A stretch of 64,000 bases of DNA from Nageia nagi. Its lineage: Eukaryota; Plantae; Pinophyta. The stretch spans positions 192,820,001 to 192,884,000 of the forward strand of contig JBITNC010000001.1 of NCBI GenBank assembly GCA_050084985.1, read 5' to 3'. The notes under the pieces were generated by a model. It was given only the letters and a program-made list of their open reading frames with translations. It made no database searches and was not told the origin of the DNA. This document shows positions 26,401-40,560 of this stretch, in pieces (within the stretch, counting starts at the first letter, position 1; each line of letters begins with the position of its first letter). The translations under genes were made by a program, and so were the position numbers.

Positions 26401-28033
26401 AGGGATTCCTACATATACTTGCTTGTAAGTCCTTGTAGAATTATGGATTCTCTTGATGGGATAGGATGGGAGTATCCCTAGGTGGAAAGGATGGGATATA
26501 GGGTGGTTGAGAGACATGAGGTGAAAGTGGTTGGTACACATGGGGTGAAGGTGGTTGAGATGGAGGGTTGTATTATGAAGATCTAGTTTATCTAGCCCTA
26601 AATTATTCTCTAGTCTCTATTGAACTATGGGACTTACTTTTCATACCATGAACACAAATGAGTACTTAACCAAATAATATTGCATTAAATAAATTATCCC
26701 AATTGTGCCAACCAATAGAAAGTAAATAAACACAAAGCCTAAGATTTTTGTTATGATCTTATTTAATGGATTCAAAACTAAAACACACAAACCTAGGATG
26801 ATTTTTTTTTCAAGATAGCAAGTGTGAAAGATAGAAATGTTGATTATCTTGTTTAGTTTTTTCTTGTTATATTAGGATAATTATTTTGTTAATGAGATTG
26901 ATTCTTAAGATTATTTGACCTCTTGATTAGTTTTCCTAGATGAACCTAGTCAAGCTTTTTTGGGTGAGGCTCGATCTCTAAGGGTGTGAATCATTTAATG
27001 GCTCAAGTCAGGTTGTCCACTCTGATCATGACCTCTAGATTAGGATACACCATGGTGATGAAATCCACATGCCTTGGCTCAATAGTAGGCTTGCATGAAA
27101 TTAAATGCAAATACAAAAGCAAATATAAGATGTAACTAAATATGTAAAAAAATGCAATTAATCCCTTCAATATTTGCCTTATTCTTTCAAAATAAAGAGC
27201 AAAATGATTTCAAAAATGAAACACTCCCACCCAAGGATGATTTCAATTTCACTAATGCAAGAAATAAAGTAAAATAAAAATTTCCTTTTTGATTTCTTTT
27301 CTATTCACTAGCAAAACAAAGCAAAAATAAGAAAAATAACAACCCTAGTATGCACACAACACACAAATCCTAGTCTAAAGAATAATAAAAAAAGGGATAC
27401 AATCCTATAAGGCTCATGATATGAGATCCCATCAACTATAATACTTGTAATACAAACTCTAATCCTAGCTGATGCAATGTAGATCGACTAGTAGTACCAA
27501 CCAGTAGGCTGATCAAACAATCGATCATAATGGTACCTAAAGATTTTTAAAATCTAAGTCTAGAAGGTGTGAAATGAAATATTAAGTGTACAACCTAGAA
27601 ATTTAAATGCTATAAGTGGAATGATGCCACCTAATTACAAGTCCAAATAGCTATGACACTTGCTAAAAATGAACTAAACTAGCTCAAAACCTAAAATAAC
27701 CCTAACCAGTGTAGACTAGATCGATTGAGAAAGAGAAGTGAAGAGGATCAGCTAACAGTTTAAATGTTTAATCCCTAACCAATGTGCTAAATATTGGCTA
27801 GACTTTATTAACCAATCTATAAGAAATAGAAAGCTATTTTGCTAACTTTGATACCTCAAGATTTTTAGGGTTTTTTCTTGAATTTATCAAGAATATTCTT
27901 TGAAAAAATTAAACTAGTTCAGTATGTAGAGGTACCCAAAAATATGAAAATAAAGGGTTAAAGGAAAAAAAATAAAAACAAGGAGAAAAGGATAGAAAAA
28001 TCCTCTATGATTATAAATTTTGGACCAAGGGAA

Positions 28034-28051
28034 GTCCCACCATGATCGCTA
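28034..28051 (-). other. PBS of element D (tRNA-Arg-like)
   Basis: TAGCGATCATGGTGGGAC, resembling TGGCGACCAC..TGGGA, 3 nt from the LTR end. Confidence 0.7.
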
Positions 28052-28054
28052 ATT

Positions 28055-29050
28055 TGTAATCTCCCAAAAAGGGGTAGCTAAGGAGATCCCATACCTGGGG
28101 CCTCTCCCTTTTGGAACACCTATGCTACAATATCTAGAATATTTCTTGGAACATGATTAGATAATTATGCTAAAATGAAATAGAGTTAATGTTTAAGTAT
28201 TTACCATTTTTTCCAATACCCAAGAATCCAAATAACCTACAAAATAAGAGACAAAAGGAGATTTCTAGGTTCTACATCCTTGAGACCCTAGCATTGAGCA
28301 AAAGTAGTTAGACAGCTAGTAAACCTCCAAAATTTGAATCAACAAGGTAATAGAAAATAGTATGATGCCTAAAATTCAAGATAACATGAGCTTGAAATGA
28401 TCTAGCTAGATACAAAGACAAAACAACCTATTATAGCCTAAGTCTATAAAAGACTAGCCTAGAAAAACTAATATGCAACCATGCACTAATGTATTTAGTA
28501 ATAAACCCAAAAGGATATATGATCAAGTACTCTTGAACATGCTCTCAAACCTATAAAAATACTATGATAGAGATTAATACCATAAAATCTAAATCCATAA
28601 GAGTTATCCCAATATTCCCTTGCAATGTGAAGATAAGAATTACCTTTTTATGCCTTGGAATGATGGAAGTACTTCAAAGTGGAAGGGATGTAGCTAAAAA
28701 GTTCTAGTACACATTCTAGAGTGTGGAGAAAAATAGGAGCTCACAAATATCCATTGGGTTAAGTGAGTGATTAGGTGAGAAAACTACTTTTAAATTGACT
28801 TTTATAAGCAACAACTAGCTGGTGGGCCGGTTATGGTTTTCACCTAAGCAATAGATCGGTCCCCTAACCGATGGGCTATTCAGGGTTCAGGTTGACCAAG
28901 TAGTAAAAAAATACCAAGTTACCAAAATTGACTATACAAACACTTTTGAAATAGAATAAAAGGATGATATGACCATGATAAGATGCAAGATGGACTAAAT
29001 CATCATGAATTGCCCAAGCTAGATGAATGAATGATTTTAACATGTCTACA
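28055..29050 (-). repeat. 5' LTR of element D (~1.0 kb)
   Basis: TGTAATC...GTCTACA termini adjacent to the PBS. No partner LTR in the window. Confidence 0.65.
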
Positions 29051-29087
29051 AATTTTAATTGGAAACTATCCTTAAAAAATATTTTTA

Positions 29088-29400
29088 GTTGTGTAATTTT
29101 TGCATTATATTGGGAATAATAGTGGAGAAGATCACCTCATATATATAATAAAATAAAATATAATTTATCTTAGGAATATCACCTTATATATCTAAGAAAA
29201 AAATAGATTGTATATCAAGGTGTGTAATACACATATTCTCTGGTTGTGTAAGTTTTACATTATATTGGGAATAATAGTGGAGAATATCACCTCGTATATA
29301 TAAGAAAATAAAATATATTTTATCTTAGGAATATCACCTTATATATCTAAGAAAAAAATAGATTGTATATCGAGGTGTGTAATACACATATTCTCTAGTT
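29088..29400. repeat. ~155-bp direct tandem duplication
   Basis: GTTGTGTAA...TATTGGGAATAATAGTGGAGAA units at 29088 and 29243, nearly identical. Confidence 0.9.
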
Positions 29401-29489
29401 AGTGCCCTCAAATATTGGTTAGGAGTATGCAAAAATAGGGGTTCTTTTAGTAATTGTAGGGTGTATAAATAAATCTTGATTTTCATTTC

Positions 29490-30300
29490 TATACCACATT
29501 AGGAGGGACCCAATAGAAGATAATAACAAAAAGGAATCAACAAAGAAGTATTATTTATGAGAAGCTCCCTAGGTGAATCAAGCAGTTATGAAAAATAGAT
29601 TTTTTTTATTTGATGAAAAAAACCTTCAAGGCTAGTTGATAAAAACATAATATTTTTTTGACTTCTACCAAGACTCCTATAGTAAAAAGATCTACATATT
29701 GGTAGTTTACTTGGACTATGAAGTGAACCAATGGTACCAATAGTTAGAAAAGATATATTTAATGTTATATTTGATATAATTTAAAAACTAAGTTCTTATG
29801 CATTTTGAACCTAGTGAATTGGAAGTCTTCATTGGTTCCTTGAAAAAATTATGCTAAATTGATATTATTATTTAACATATATCTACATCTAAGAAGTTAT
29901 CCACTAGGACCATAAATATTCATGATAGTTTATTCAAAAGTTGCTTCATTTCTAGTTTATGATAAGATATAAAATTTATGGCACAAATGTTCATCCTAGG
30001 CACTTGGATGATAGTTATGGTTTTTGGCCAAGTATTACTTGCTTGCTTTCCCCAACAAGCTAATTTTATCAAACAAGTTTTTTTTTGTTAAAGTAATACC
30101 TACAAGTAATTTGGTTTTCAATTATTACTTGTTGTTTTCCCCAACAAGTTGATTTTCATAAAGATTTTAATTTTATCAAATACATGGGAGAAAAGGGCAT
30201 AAATGATGTGGGTGCAAAACAAGAAGGATATAGATGTTGTAAAATTGCTAAAAAATATAAATAAAATGAAAAATAATATGAACTTTACATGTACCTCATT
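29490..30300 (+). pseudogene. Degenerate gag remnant, probably of the chromoviral element whose pol lies at 36335-39130
   Basis: YLDYEVNQWYQ resembles the gag motif LxGxAxxWY. Same strand as the downstream chromoviral PR/RT. Confidence 0.45.
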
Positions 30301-30324
30301 AAGATGCATCATGAATAAACTAGG

Positions 30325-31100
30325 CACAAAGGTGATCTTTTAAGCATAAAAGGTTTGAGATGTTTAAAGATGAAGGTATTTTGTTCTTCTTTACCATCCA
30401 TGGTGGAATTTCTATAAGCGCTTATATTTTTAAGGCCAAATGGTATCACTATCCAACAAAAATTGCCCCATGGATTGGTAAAGGTTGTCTTGTGCTAAGC
30501 TACCAGATTGATGAAAGTTTGGATGCAACTAGAAACATTATTCATAAAAGACAATGTATCATATCTAGCTATGCTATCTATAATCATGTCAATGGTAGGC
30601 AATGTAAAATCATCTTTTGGATATGCATTGTTGATATCCTTGGAATTAATAAAAGTCTCTACCTCCCCATTAGGTTATGTAGCAAGAACAATGTTAGATA
30701 TTCATTCTGAATAATCAATGGGTTTTATAAAACCAACATTCAAGTATTTCTCTATTCCTTTATTCACCAACAAAGTCTTAGATAGATGCATTTTTCTAAT
30801 TTTTTGTTTTATTGGTTTCACTTCTCTCTTGAGTGGTAAACTATGCATGAAAAGTGTAAGATATAAGTAGGGCATATTAGAATAATATCAAGCAAAACTA
30901 TTACTACATTTAAGAAATATTTATGTATATCTTTCTTGTTATTCCTTGTTAAAAGTTCCTCCAATTTTAATTAGTTTCATTAATTGAACACAGTTCCAAT
31001 ATTGATATCAACTATTTCTTTAATTGGAAATGTCAACTCTCCCTTTTGCAGTAAAGAGGGGAGTTCTTCCAATCATGGGACATTAGAAATCTCCTCCTCA
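30325..31100 (-). pseudogene. Tat/Ogre-type RT fragment
   Basis: Remnants of INIGT..., FA*.Y.NMP and a PFGLKN-like motif on the minus strand. Confidence 0.65.
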
Positions 31101-31269
31101 TCTTCAGTTGGCTATGTAAAATACTTCACTAAAACTCTACTCTAGCCCAAAATATCTATGTTGGCCAAGAATATAACTTGGATTCCTTTTGTTGTTAGAT
31201 TTAGGCAACTTAGAATGTGCCCCTATGTACTCAAGAAGTGCATTATCAATAGCAAAGAAATCAAATTAT

Positions 31270-33000
31270 TGAAAATAATTGATTGTACATAAAATATTAT
31301 TGTATTACTACATATAAATAGGGATATACATGTACAAATATAGCATAACAACTTGTCCATGTTGTTATAACAAATACAATAACTAAAGCTCAAGTATATT
31401 ACATAACCACACTAAACAAAAAACTAACAATAATATCTTTGAAACTAATTTCTCTAACATCCCCCATTGATGTTTAATCTTTATATATTTTTCATTACAT
31501 CAATATCATTATTTATCAATTGGTAAGGGGATCATTGATCTTCAAAGTTCATGTGGCAATATCTAGGCAATTGTCATCCTTCATTCTTTTGACTTGGAAA
31601 TTTACCACTCTTTAATTCTTCATGTGGTACTAACTTAGACATCTATAATCACATCATGTGTGGTACTTTATAGGAATCTACCATCATATCCAATCAACAA
31701 CATCCATCAAAACCATTACTACAAGCTTTTAGCAACCTGCAAAATTTCACCATACATGTTTCTAGCAACTTACACTTCATGTGTGAATATGGAAAACACA
31801 TCCATTCACATTGATTAAAAAAAATTTGAGCTTACTTTTTTCTTCATGAGTATCCTTATGGTAATCTCCTCATCTTACTGGATTGCATGGATCACCAATC
31901 ACTGCAACCATCAAGTGTAGTAGAGAAAATTACTGCATGTACGATTCACTCCATCGATTGTAAGTAATGCGTCATTTTCATTTGTGAATAAAATTTTCAA
32001 GCCAAATGAATGTCACTTGATCTTCCATTTAGTAGTGTCATAATGTTTGAACCTTTTGTCAAACCACCACAAGCTCTCAAGGTTGCCTTAAGATTGGATT
32101 GGAGCCTACAGGTTGCCTCTCCTTTCATACTAGGTCAAAGCCTTTGGGTTACCTTTTTCTCTTTGATCAATCATTCTAACATCCATTACAACATCACAAT
32201 TTCTCCACTTTTTTGAACCAAACGTTCTAAAAATAGACCTCATCACTCCAAAATATAATAATCATAACAATTTAATAAACACCATTTTTTTAATAGTAAA
32301 TAAAAATTTGTTATTTAAATTGACTTATATAAAACTAATACTAATTTAAAAATAAAAAATAAATGCTTAATAAAGAATAAATCTCAAATATCTAACCCTA
32401 TTCAAACCAATAATATTTAAATCCTAATAAACAAACAAACATCGTATAGTGGGTGGATCTATAACTAAATGTGACCATTGACTATAACCACTCCAATTCC
32501 ATATGGCACATCATCTCCATCTCAAAGCTTTAGATTGTCATCATAGTGCATATGTCTTTGTCTGCCAACAACATGGACAACCAAATGCAATTATGTTTGG
32601 ATGGAAAGTTTTAGCTCTCAAGTGATGGATGACCATCAAATATCATTTCCTAATAGACTCCATGTGAATGTATACCATAATGCTAAATATGAGTAATGTC
32701 CTTCATGATGCATCATCTAACACATAATCTCCCAACTACTTTGCATCTTTCATTTTAATAGACTTCACTTTCAAACAATATTAAGATTTGTAAAAATCAT
32801 TCACAGTGGACGTTCACCTCTCTATGTAATCTTGAAATCCTTCACACTACATGTCATCTTCCTCTCATGAGCTAATAGTACATTGATTCTTCAAAAATCA
32901 TTACCATAGACTTTGGAGGTCACCATTTAAGCTCACATCATGTTTTAGTTGAGTTGTTCATGTGTTCACCTTGTTGCAACCTGTGTCTCGTGTTCCATTC
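31270..33000 (-). mobile_element. Degenerate copia-like fragment with PPT and short 3' LTR
   Basis: Minus-strand AATGGGGGA followed by TGTTAGAGAA (LTR start at 31459). Upstream sequence has only weak gag/integrase-like traces. Confidence 0.4.
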
Positions 33001-35450
33001 CCATTACAAGACATACATGTTATGTAATGGCCTATTATTGATGTTCGTCCCATAGATCCAACTTTCATTGACCATGATTCTTAAAACAAGTTCTTCATGC
33101 CAAAGTTTTATCCATAAATCTTCATCAATATCATCATCCAATTCAATCAAATTAACTTGTGGAATAAATTGTATGCTACTTGAAGGTTTTGCTACTAAAT
33201 GAGTAAATCCCAAGCCTTTTTTATCTATCTAAGTGCCCAAATTTGTTGTAAAAGAAGGCATACCTCATTCATTTTTGCATAGGCCTCCCTCCATAAATGC
33301 ATTTCTCTTTCATGTATTTTTATATGGAGAATGAAATGACTCAGTACGAAGATTACCCAATTCTATAGGTGCATCTCTTGGTAACTATAATCTAGATCTT
33401 ATGTTAAAATAGTGGTATAATAGGAACCATTAAATTAGTTATTACACCCATGATGTGTGCTCCCTTCTAGATAGCACACACATCATTCATAGTGTACAAT
33501 CTTTGATCATCCAAGATCCTTAACAGACGTCATGAGATCCAATTCTAAATACTATATGTGCCAAACTCAATCTCCATAATTTTGATCTCCTTGTCTGATT
33601 CAACCAAAGCTAACTATTTTTCTTCTTCTAGAACTCCAAATAGGTTAATGTGCAGAATATCCACTCCATCAAGCTCTAAGTTTGCTAGATTGCATAATGC
33701 ATATGGATCAGGATCTGTTGGTGTTATGTGGACCTTTCCATGATACTCAAACTTGAGATAATCATAAAGGGCACTGGAAGGGACTGCCTTCCTTTCTTAA
33801 TCCAAGGTATCCTTAAGAGAAGTTATAAGTGAGCTTCCCATTCATGATATGGAAATAAGAATGTATTGCTTTTGGACCAAGTTGTACTGGTAATGAAATA
33901 ATGATAAGGGCTCTCTTTATCAAAACCTCTAATGTGAAGAGTAGGATTATATATGGGAAGAATAATGATACCTTTACCCTCTAGATCTTGTAAGAATTTA
34001 AATGAGAAAATGTTCACTCATAATACTAGATCTACCATGGATATTTTGACTTCCTGATCATCAATATAAGGTCTAATGAAAAGAGTCAAATACTCATCAA
34101 TTATTACCTTCTTAGGTAATTCCTTATTATCAAAAGTAATTAAATTACAAACCTTATTAGAGTATGTTTTATCAAAAAATGTGGTATAAAAAATAACACT
34201 AGGGACTTTCTCATTTTTGAAGAAATCATACAATATATCCCTATATGGTTTGAAAATTTGGATAAGTTCAAACAAACTAATTTTGTTCTAAGTATTCTTT
34301 AATTGTTCTAGCATGTTATATGACCTTGGATCTTGTGGGATACTTACTTGTTCATCTATGACTAGATTGTGAATTGCCTTTAGATGGACTCTTCTAATGG
34401 CTACACATATGTCTTCCTCCACAAAAATAATGTTGGCAACTTGATATGTATGAGTTTCGATTGGTTGTGTCTCATTCACCTCATATTTTCCTTGAGCAAT
34501 CAGATCTAGGATGGAAGCTTCTAATGGTTTGCATCAATTTGGTGTGTGGCATCTCTTTTGATGATAAGAACAATATTGATCTTGATTTTCAATATCCATG
34601 TTATCATAGTGAGCTCTTATATCTAGTGGTTTCAACAACCCTTTTTTTATCAGGTCTTGAAGGATGGCCCTTGGTGGAATGGGGAAGGTGAATTTTTCCT
34701 CCCTTTGAGTGGTTGATCTTTTCAATGTATGTGCTTCAGCCATATTGATAATTGTCTATTCCTTTTTATCATATGGCTTTCATGACTCTTTGTTGTAGGT
34801 TGCAAATCCATAAATTAATGTACCAAGCTCAAGCAAGAATTTTCTTTAGCTAAAAATTTCTTAGTCATTATTCCAAAATCCATATCTACATAATCTATTA
34901 CATATTGATTTAGAACTAGAAGAATGGAATATGCAAAAATACCATTTATTTCATCTTTAGGTAATTTACTTTTAGTGTACTCCCATACCTTTTTGAAATG
35001 AGGGATGTACTTCTCCACAAGTTCATTTGGCCCTTAGCATAGTGAGCATAGATTTGTAACTTTTACTTTTTGATATTATGTTTGTATTGGTCCATAAAAT
35101 CTTTTACAAGCTCTTTGAAATAATCAATGGATCTAAGTAGCAAGTTGTAAAACCATTGGTTGGCATCTCTCTTGAGACTCTTTAGAAAGAATTTGGCCAT
35201 CAACTTTTCTTCATCTCATAATGTCAACAAGCAATCCTTCTCAAAGCTAATGAGATGTTGTTTTGGATCTTTTTCTCCATTGAACAACTCAAACTTGGGG
35301 ATCTTGAGATCAAGTGGTAGGACAAAGTTGAGGATTTCCTCTTATAATGGGGAAGTGAACATGCCATCATAGTCTTCATGTTTCTATTATGTTTATTTTT
35401 TTATTACAGATCTTTGTTTCTTATGTCCATATTAGTTGTTGAGAACTGAG
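33000..35450 (-). pseudogene. Tat-type gag-protease fragment
   Basis: Gag LKIPKFELFNGEKDPKQHL...DANQWFYNL (~35140-35320); PR region IDDQEVKISMVD (34018-34275); GLGF G-patch-like end near 33210. Confidence 0.75.
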
Positions 35451-36334
35451 TTGGTGCTTGAGTTGCACTTGTGGAGGTTTGTGGTGCTCCTTGTTTGCAA
35501 CTAAGGAAAGATTCCATGAATGATTTGATTTATCCCATGAACTCTGGAGCATCAAGGAGATATCTTACTATGGAAGTAGCATCCATATTTTATGTCATTT
35601 GGACATGTATGTTGTGCTATCAAACACTGAAGATTATTAATGTTGTCCATTACATTGCAAATTTATGCAAGATTTTTGTTCATGAGGATACAATCCTTCG
35701 ATCAATCATGTTTACTATAAGGTAGTTGCAAAATAATGAATTACGATGAAGAAATACGCTATTAAACTACTTAATACAAAGTGTGGTATCATGAAGACAA
35801 TTGAAGAAGATTATGGGTAACCTTTCAAACTGGATTAGATGTCTTCTTGTTGGATCTGGTACCTTAGTCTTTTATTGAGTCTCCGCCAAGATATAAAGCT
35901 CTAATGGTGGAAGTAGCACAATGCACATGCTATGAATACAACATCCTACTGCATGGGCATCATCCATTCTGAAGAAAATGCAAACAAAGTCATCTAATAT
36001 TGTGTTAAGGCAAATCGTAGATAATAGATTCTTAGATAAATGGTATCAAGAGACACCATAGTTATTCATAATATGGATCAATCATGATTGACCTATTTGA
36101 TAATTGATTATTCAATAAGGAATGTTATTCTTGTATTCTTATTTTGTAGCTAAAAATCCTTGATGCTTGTGCTTCTTGAGATCTACATGTATTACATAGT
36201 TTATAGTGTTTTTCTTGATATTAACACCAATCACATTGTTTATGATACCTTTATTGATATTTGCATCAATTTTACAACATATCTCTTTTGTTAACTAAAA
36301 TATGATTTTATATTAAATAGAAACCATATTTAGG

Positions 36335-39130
36335 TAGCTACATATGTCTTGGTAGGGCTCACTATCCCTCAAACAATGTAAGTGATTAGATATATAAAGA
36401 AGCACAAGATACAATTTTTAGACTTGATAAGTACTCATAAGTTCATTATCATAAGTTCATTAATCCTTTGATGAGTAAGAAAAATATTTTTTATATAGAT
36501 ATAATAATTACTAAGTGATAGTAACCAATGGACGAGGTGGGAAATAACTTAAGAAGGAAAATATATCAATGTTCACTTGAATATAAATGATTATATATGT
36601 AGTCTATGAATTTTGCAAAATATAAATATATACAATAAATAAAAAGATCTACAATATAAGAAGAATATATATGTACACTATATCAAATACAACAAATATA
36701 CATGAACACATGAACCTGATATGAAGTGTATGTACAATCCTTAAAAGTAAATAGCGATGAATCTCCAGAGGATTGGGATCGAATTCATGGTGAGTTCGTA
36801 ATGAATCTTCGTGTACATGAATCAACAGCTCAACCGTTGAAATTTGGAACCCTCGATCTAGAAGACGTACGTCGTTAGTAGCATGGAATCAGTAGAATTA
36901 TAATGTGCGCCAAAGATAAAAAGTTTCAAAGTTCAAAATGTAACAATTTCTCATAATAGGTGGCATTGAAAGACATCATAGCTTGACGAAGATTATGATA
37001 GACAACCACCTATCAGATATCTTGTCATATCAAAGAGTTCCAATTTGTGGAGGTCAACCTATTCCACTAGCATATATAGCCTACAAGGACATTAGAAAGG
37101 AGTGAAGGTCGACCTCTAGCAATAATATAATCATTGTTATATTCAAGACACTTCAAAATATAAACCATAGTAAAGAATATAGCATTTAATATAATACATG
37201 GCATTGCATTGTAATATCAACTTTATCTTGACATATGTAATACTGCAATAAGTTATTTATAAAGTCTAACTATGATTTATTAAATAAATAATAAATCATT
37301 TTTAGACATCTACAATATATTATAGGCTTATATATATAGCCTTTAGTTAAGTGGATGTGATAAGGTGTTAGGATGTCAATGGTCAAAGACTTTAGAGCTA
37401 GTATTATGGTTTTCTTTTGAGTCATGAATGACATGCATTATGGAAGAAAGGTCTCATACATTAAAGGGGTTACTAACAAGTCCTACACAATTTATTGACT
37501 AACATAGTATAAAGAAGATACTTAAACTACACTCCTATGAAGTAATTACTTAGTTATATCATTTAAATTTATTTTTAGTGTTGATAAAGGAATTCTCTAT
37601 AGATATACAACCCATTTTGACCTTAAATACTAGGTCATTCAAGAAACCATCTTCCCCCTATAAAATAATAAGATCATAAAATTCACATGCTTCTAAGAAG
37701 CTATCCATCAAACATTTATACACAAATAACATTACCAATAAAAGAATGAGATTAAGAATATGATTAAAGAATTGTTGGACATAAGATTCATCTATTCTAG
37801 TGTCAACCCCTTCTTATGTCATATATTACTATTTTTAAAAAAATATGGATCTTCGAAATAATGGATGAATTTTACACAATTGAATCATATCACTATCAAA
37901 GATAAATTCTATATACCTATATTTGATGATTTTGTAGAAGAACTATAAAAGGTAAAAGTCTTTATCAAGTTGGACCTTTTGGTTAGGATACCACCAAACC
38001 AAAATAAGCATAGACAACATTCAAAATACATAATGATCATTATAAGTTCCTTGTAATTCCTTTTAGAGTTAGCTATATACCTTCTACTTTCCAAAGTTTG
38101 ATGAACTACATGTTGGAATCATATCTTTGGAAGTTTTATACTAATATTCTTTGATGACTCTTTCATCTACAATCAATTTCGGGTAGATCATCTTCATCAC
38201 ATCACAATGGTATTCCAGTTGATTCTAGAAGTGGAATATTTTGTACATATATTTTTCAAGGAAGAAGTTTGGGTTGATCCCAAAAAAATAAAATACATGA
38301 TAAATTAGCCAAAGTCCACTAATTTAAAGATTCCAAGGAATCTATGCATGTTTGCAAATGATTATGCAAAAATAACATCTCTCACTATCATGCTATGAAA
38401 TCTTTTTAATATTAGACTAAGGTTGTTGAAAAGGCTTTCGACTATCTAAAGCATTCTATATGTACCATCCCAATATTAGTCATGGCATATTCTAATAAGA
38501 TGTTTTTTTATAAAAAGTGATGCTTTGGGGATAAGTATTAGATTACTTCTCATACAAGAAATACACAATATTATCGAAATTTTAAAAGCCTTAAATACGA
38601 AAAATATTACCCAAATCTACATATGATAAGGAAATATTATTAATTATTAGAGGTGTAACACCTTAGGAGATAATTTCAATTCAAGATAGATCAACATAGC
38701 TTAAATTGCTTCCTAGAATAAGGGATCTCCTCCCTTGATCAATAGAAATGGGTTACCATATTTTTGGGGTATGATTATAATACAAAAAGAGAAAGAAAGA
38801 GTAATAAAAAATGGTGTCAAGGATTTTGTGAACACATGTGATACTTATTAACATAAAAAATGGGAAACTATTAGAACTAGTAGTCATCACTAACCACTTC
38901 TTATTCCTACCACTCTTGGGAATGATATCTCAATGGATTTCATAAGGGGATTCTAATATGAAGAGGGAAACCAATGATTCTTATACCAAATATTCTCATT
39001 TTTACATATTAACCACCTATTCATAATAACTATTATAGTACAACTCTTCTTGGACTAGATATTTAAATTAAATATTATACTTTAAGCAATTAACAATAAT
39101 TGACGTCCCATATTTATTAGTACTTATTTG
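36335..39130 (+). pseudogene. Degenerate chromoviral Ty3/gypsy pol (PR-RT-RH-INT), interrupted by a solo LTR
   Basis: PQTM...FLDLISTHKFI (cf. LIDSGSTHNFI); GCDKVLGCQW; LNHITIKDKFYIP...FIKLDL; DQHSL..FLE; NDISMDFI. Confidence 0.8.
36598..37314. repeat. Solo LTR inserted in the chromoviral protease
   Basis: TGTAG...CTACA termini flanked by ATATA/ATATA. Protease reading resumes after it. An alternative left end at 36672 is also preceded by ATATA. Confidence 0.65.
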
Positions 39131-39599
39131 TAAAAAACACTACACCAAAATCAAGCTTTAACAACAAGTGATTTACAATGTTTCTTTGACGATGATTTAT
39201 AACTATTGTTATATATAACAATAAATAATAATTTTAGCAAATGGTTTAAAATCATCATTTTACATGAGTATATAAGGTGATTTTTTAGGGCGGTAATAAA
39301 CTACCCTAATATTTCATAAAATGATGATTATAATGCATCGTAAAATTGAACTATCTTTAAAAAAAAAAAAGTTTAGGCAAGCACGCACATTTCAAAATCT
39401 TGGTGGCTCATCCAAATTTTAGCTATCTTTACCTCCCACTCCCACTCGTGACAAAGCAATGTGAGAAAGGACTCCACCAGGTGACAAGGCATGAAAGGAA
39501 CCATCACCATTTCTTGCAAAATGGTCAAGGTACTAAGCAAACATCTATAAGTTCTTCGTTTTGGTGTTATTTCTATGTTATTTATATAATTTTTTTTAC

Positions 39600-40560
39600 T
39601 CTAAACTACTAGCACAACCAAGGTCAACCATACATGTATTATGTAATTTTGTGGGTGTAATCATTCATGCATTGGCAACAAACCTTGCAAGTACAAGGAA
39701 AGGCAAGGAAGGAGAGAAGCGTAAGGCAAACAACTCCATCATCATAGCCTGTAAATTGGTCAAGGTATGAAGAAAACCACTCCCATTGCAACAATTGGTT
39801 TATTATAATGTTATTTATGAAGTCTTTTACTTCATCTAAACATCCAACATAGCCAAGAAGCAATGACCTTGCTCTAATAGATGCCATTGTCTTCCATTTA
39901 TATTAATGAATATCATCTTCTAAAGCAGCTATGATAACCAACCCTTAGCAATATTGGCATGTTATTTTTAATTTTTTTTGTTTCATCTAAATGCCCAAAA
40001 CGATCAAGAAGCTCAACCATACATGTATATAGTATTCCATTGTGGGTCATGGAATTATTGATAACTCTCCTTCACTAGACCTCCATGGCTACAAGTAGAT
40101 AATATACTAACTATGATAACCAACCCTAAACAATAGGGTTTATTGGAAATGATATTTATAAATTCCTTTTCTTCATCTAAACACCCAACACAACTAAGAA
40201 GCTTAACCATACATGCATATAGTGTTACATTGTGGGTATTGATAACTCTCATTTACTAGGCCCGAATGGTTATAGGTAGATAATACATTAACTAATTTTG
40301 TTTGTGGCACACATATTCCATTTATTCAAATAGTTTGATGGCTTGCTACAACCATTCCTTGCATATCCTACAATCATTGCATTCCATGAAATTGGTTTTT
40401 CATAACACATCTTATCAAACAAACTCTTGCATTTTCCGGAAACATTTGAAGAATCCAAAACCATATCCATTATATGCATATCCTGTGATCATTGAAGTCC
40501 ATGAATTTCTCTTTACTGCATTTCCCTATAAAGATACAAGTTTGTTATCTCCAATCTATT
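39600..40560 (-). pseudogene. Tandem degenerate PLS-class PPR fragments
   Basis: LFDKMCYEKPISWNAMIVGYARNG; ILSTCSHGGLV; YACMVKLLSCVGCLDE occurring in several partial copies, with stops and frameshifts. Confidence 0.85.

Larger units (their letters stand above)
20715..29050 (-). mobile_element. 3'-truncated Ogre/Tat-type Ty3/gypsy element D (5' LTR, PBS, long leader, gag, PR, G-patch-like motif, RT)
   Basis: RT CPKDDFPLPNID...MDGFSGYNQI (21323-21580) and YVDD near 21165; PR RVMIDKGLDINVV (23202-23645); gag remnants at 24600-25130; LTR 28055-29050. Confidence 0.85.

Noticed and set aside
35780-36055. Two TGGTATCA motifs resembling a tRNA-Met PBS
   Set aside because: Not preceded by an identifiable LTR end and no gag follows.
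39559-39571. TTTTGGTGT as partner TIR of the CACTA-like end at 39138
   Set aside because: Lacks the terminal AGTG and has no matching 3-bp TSD.
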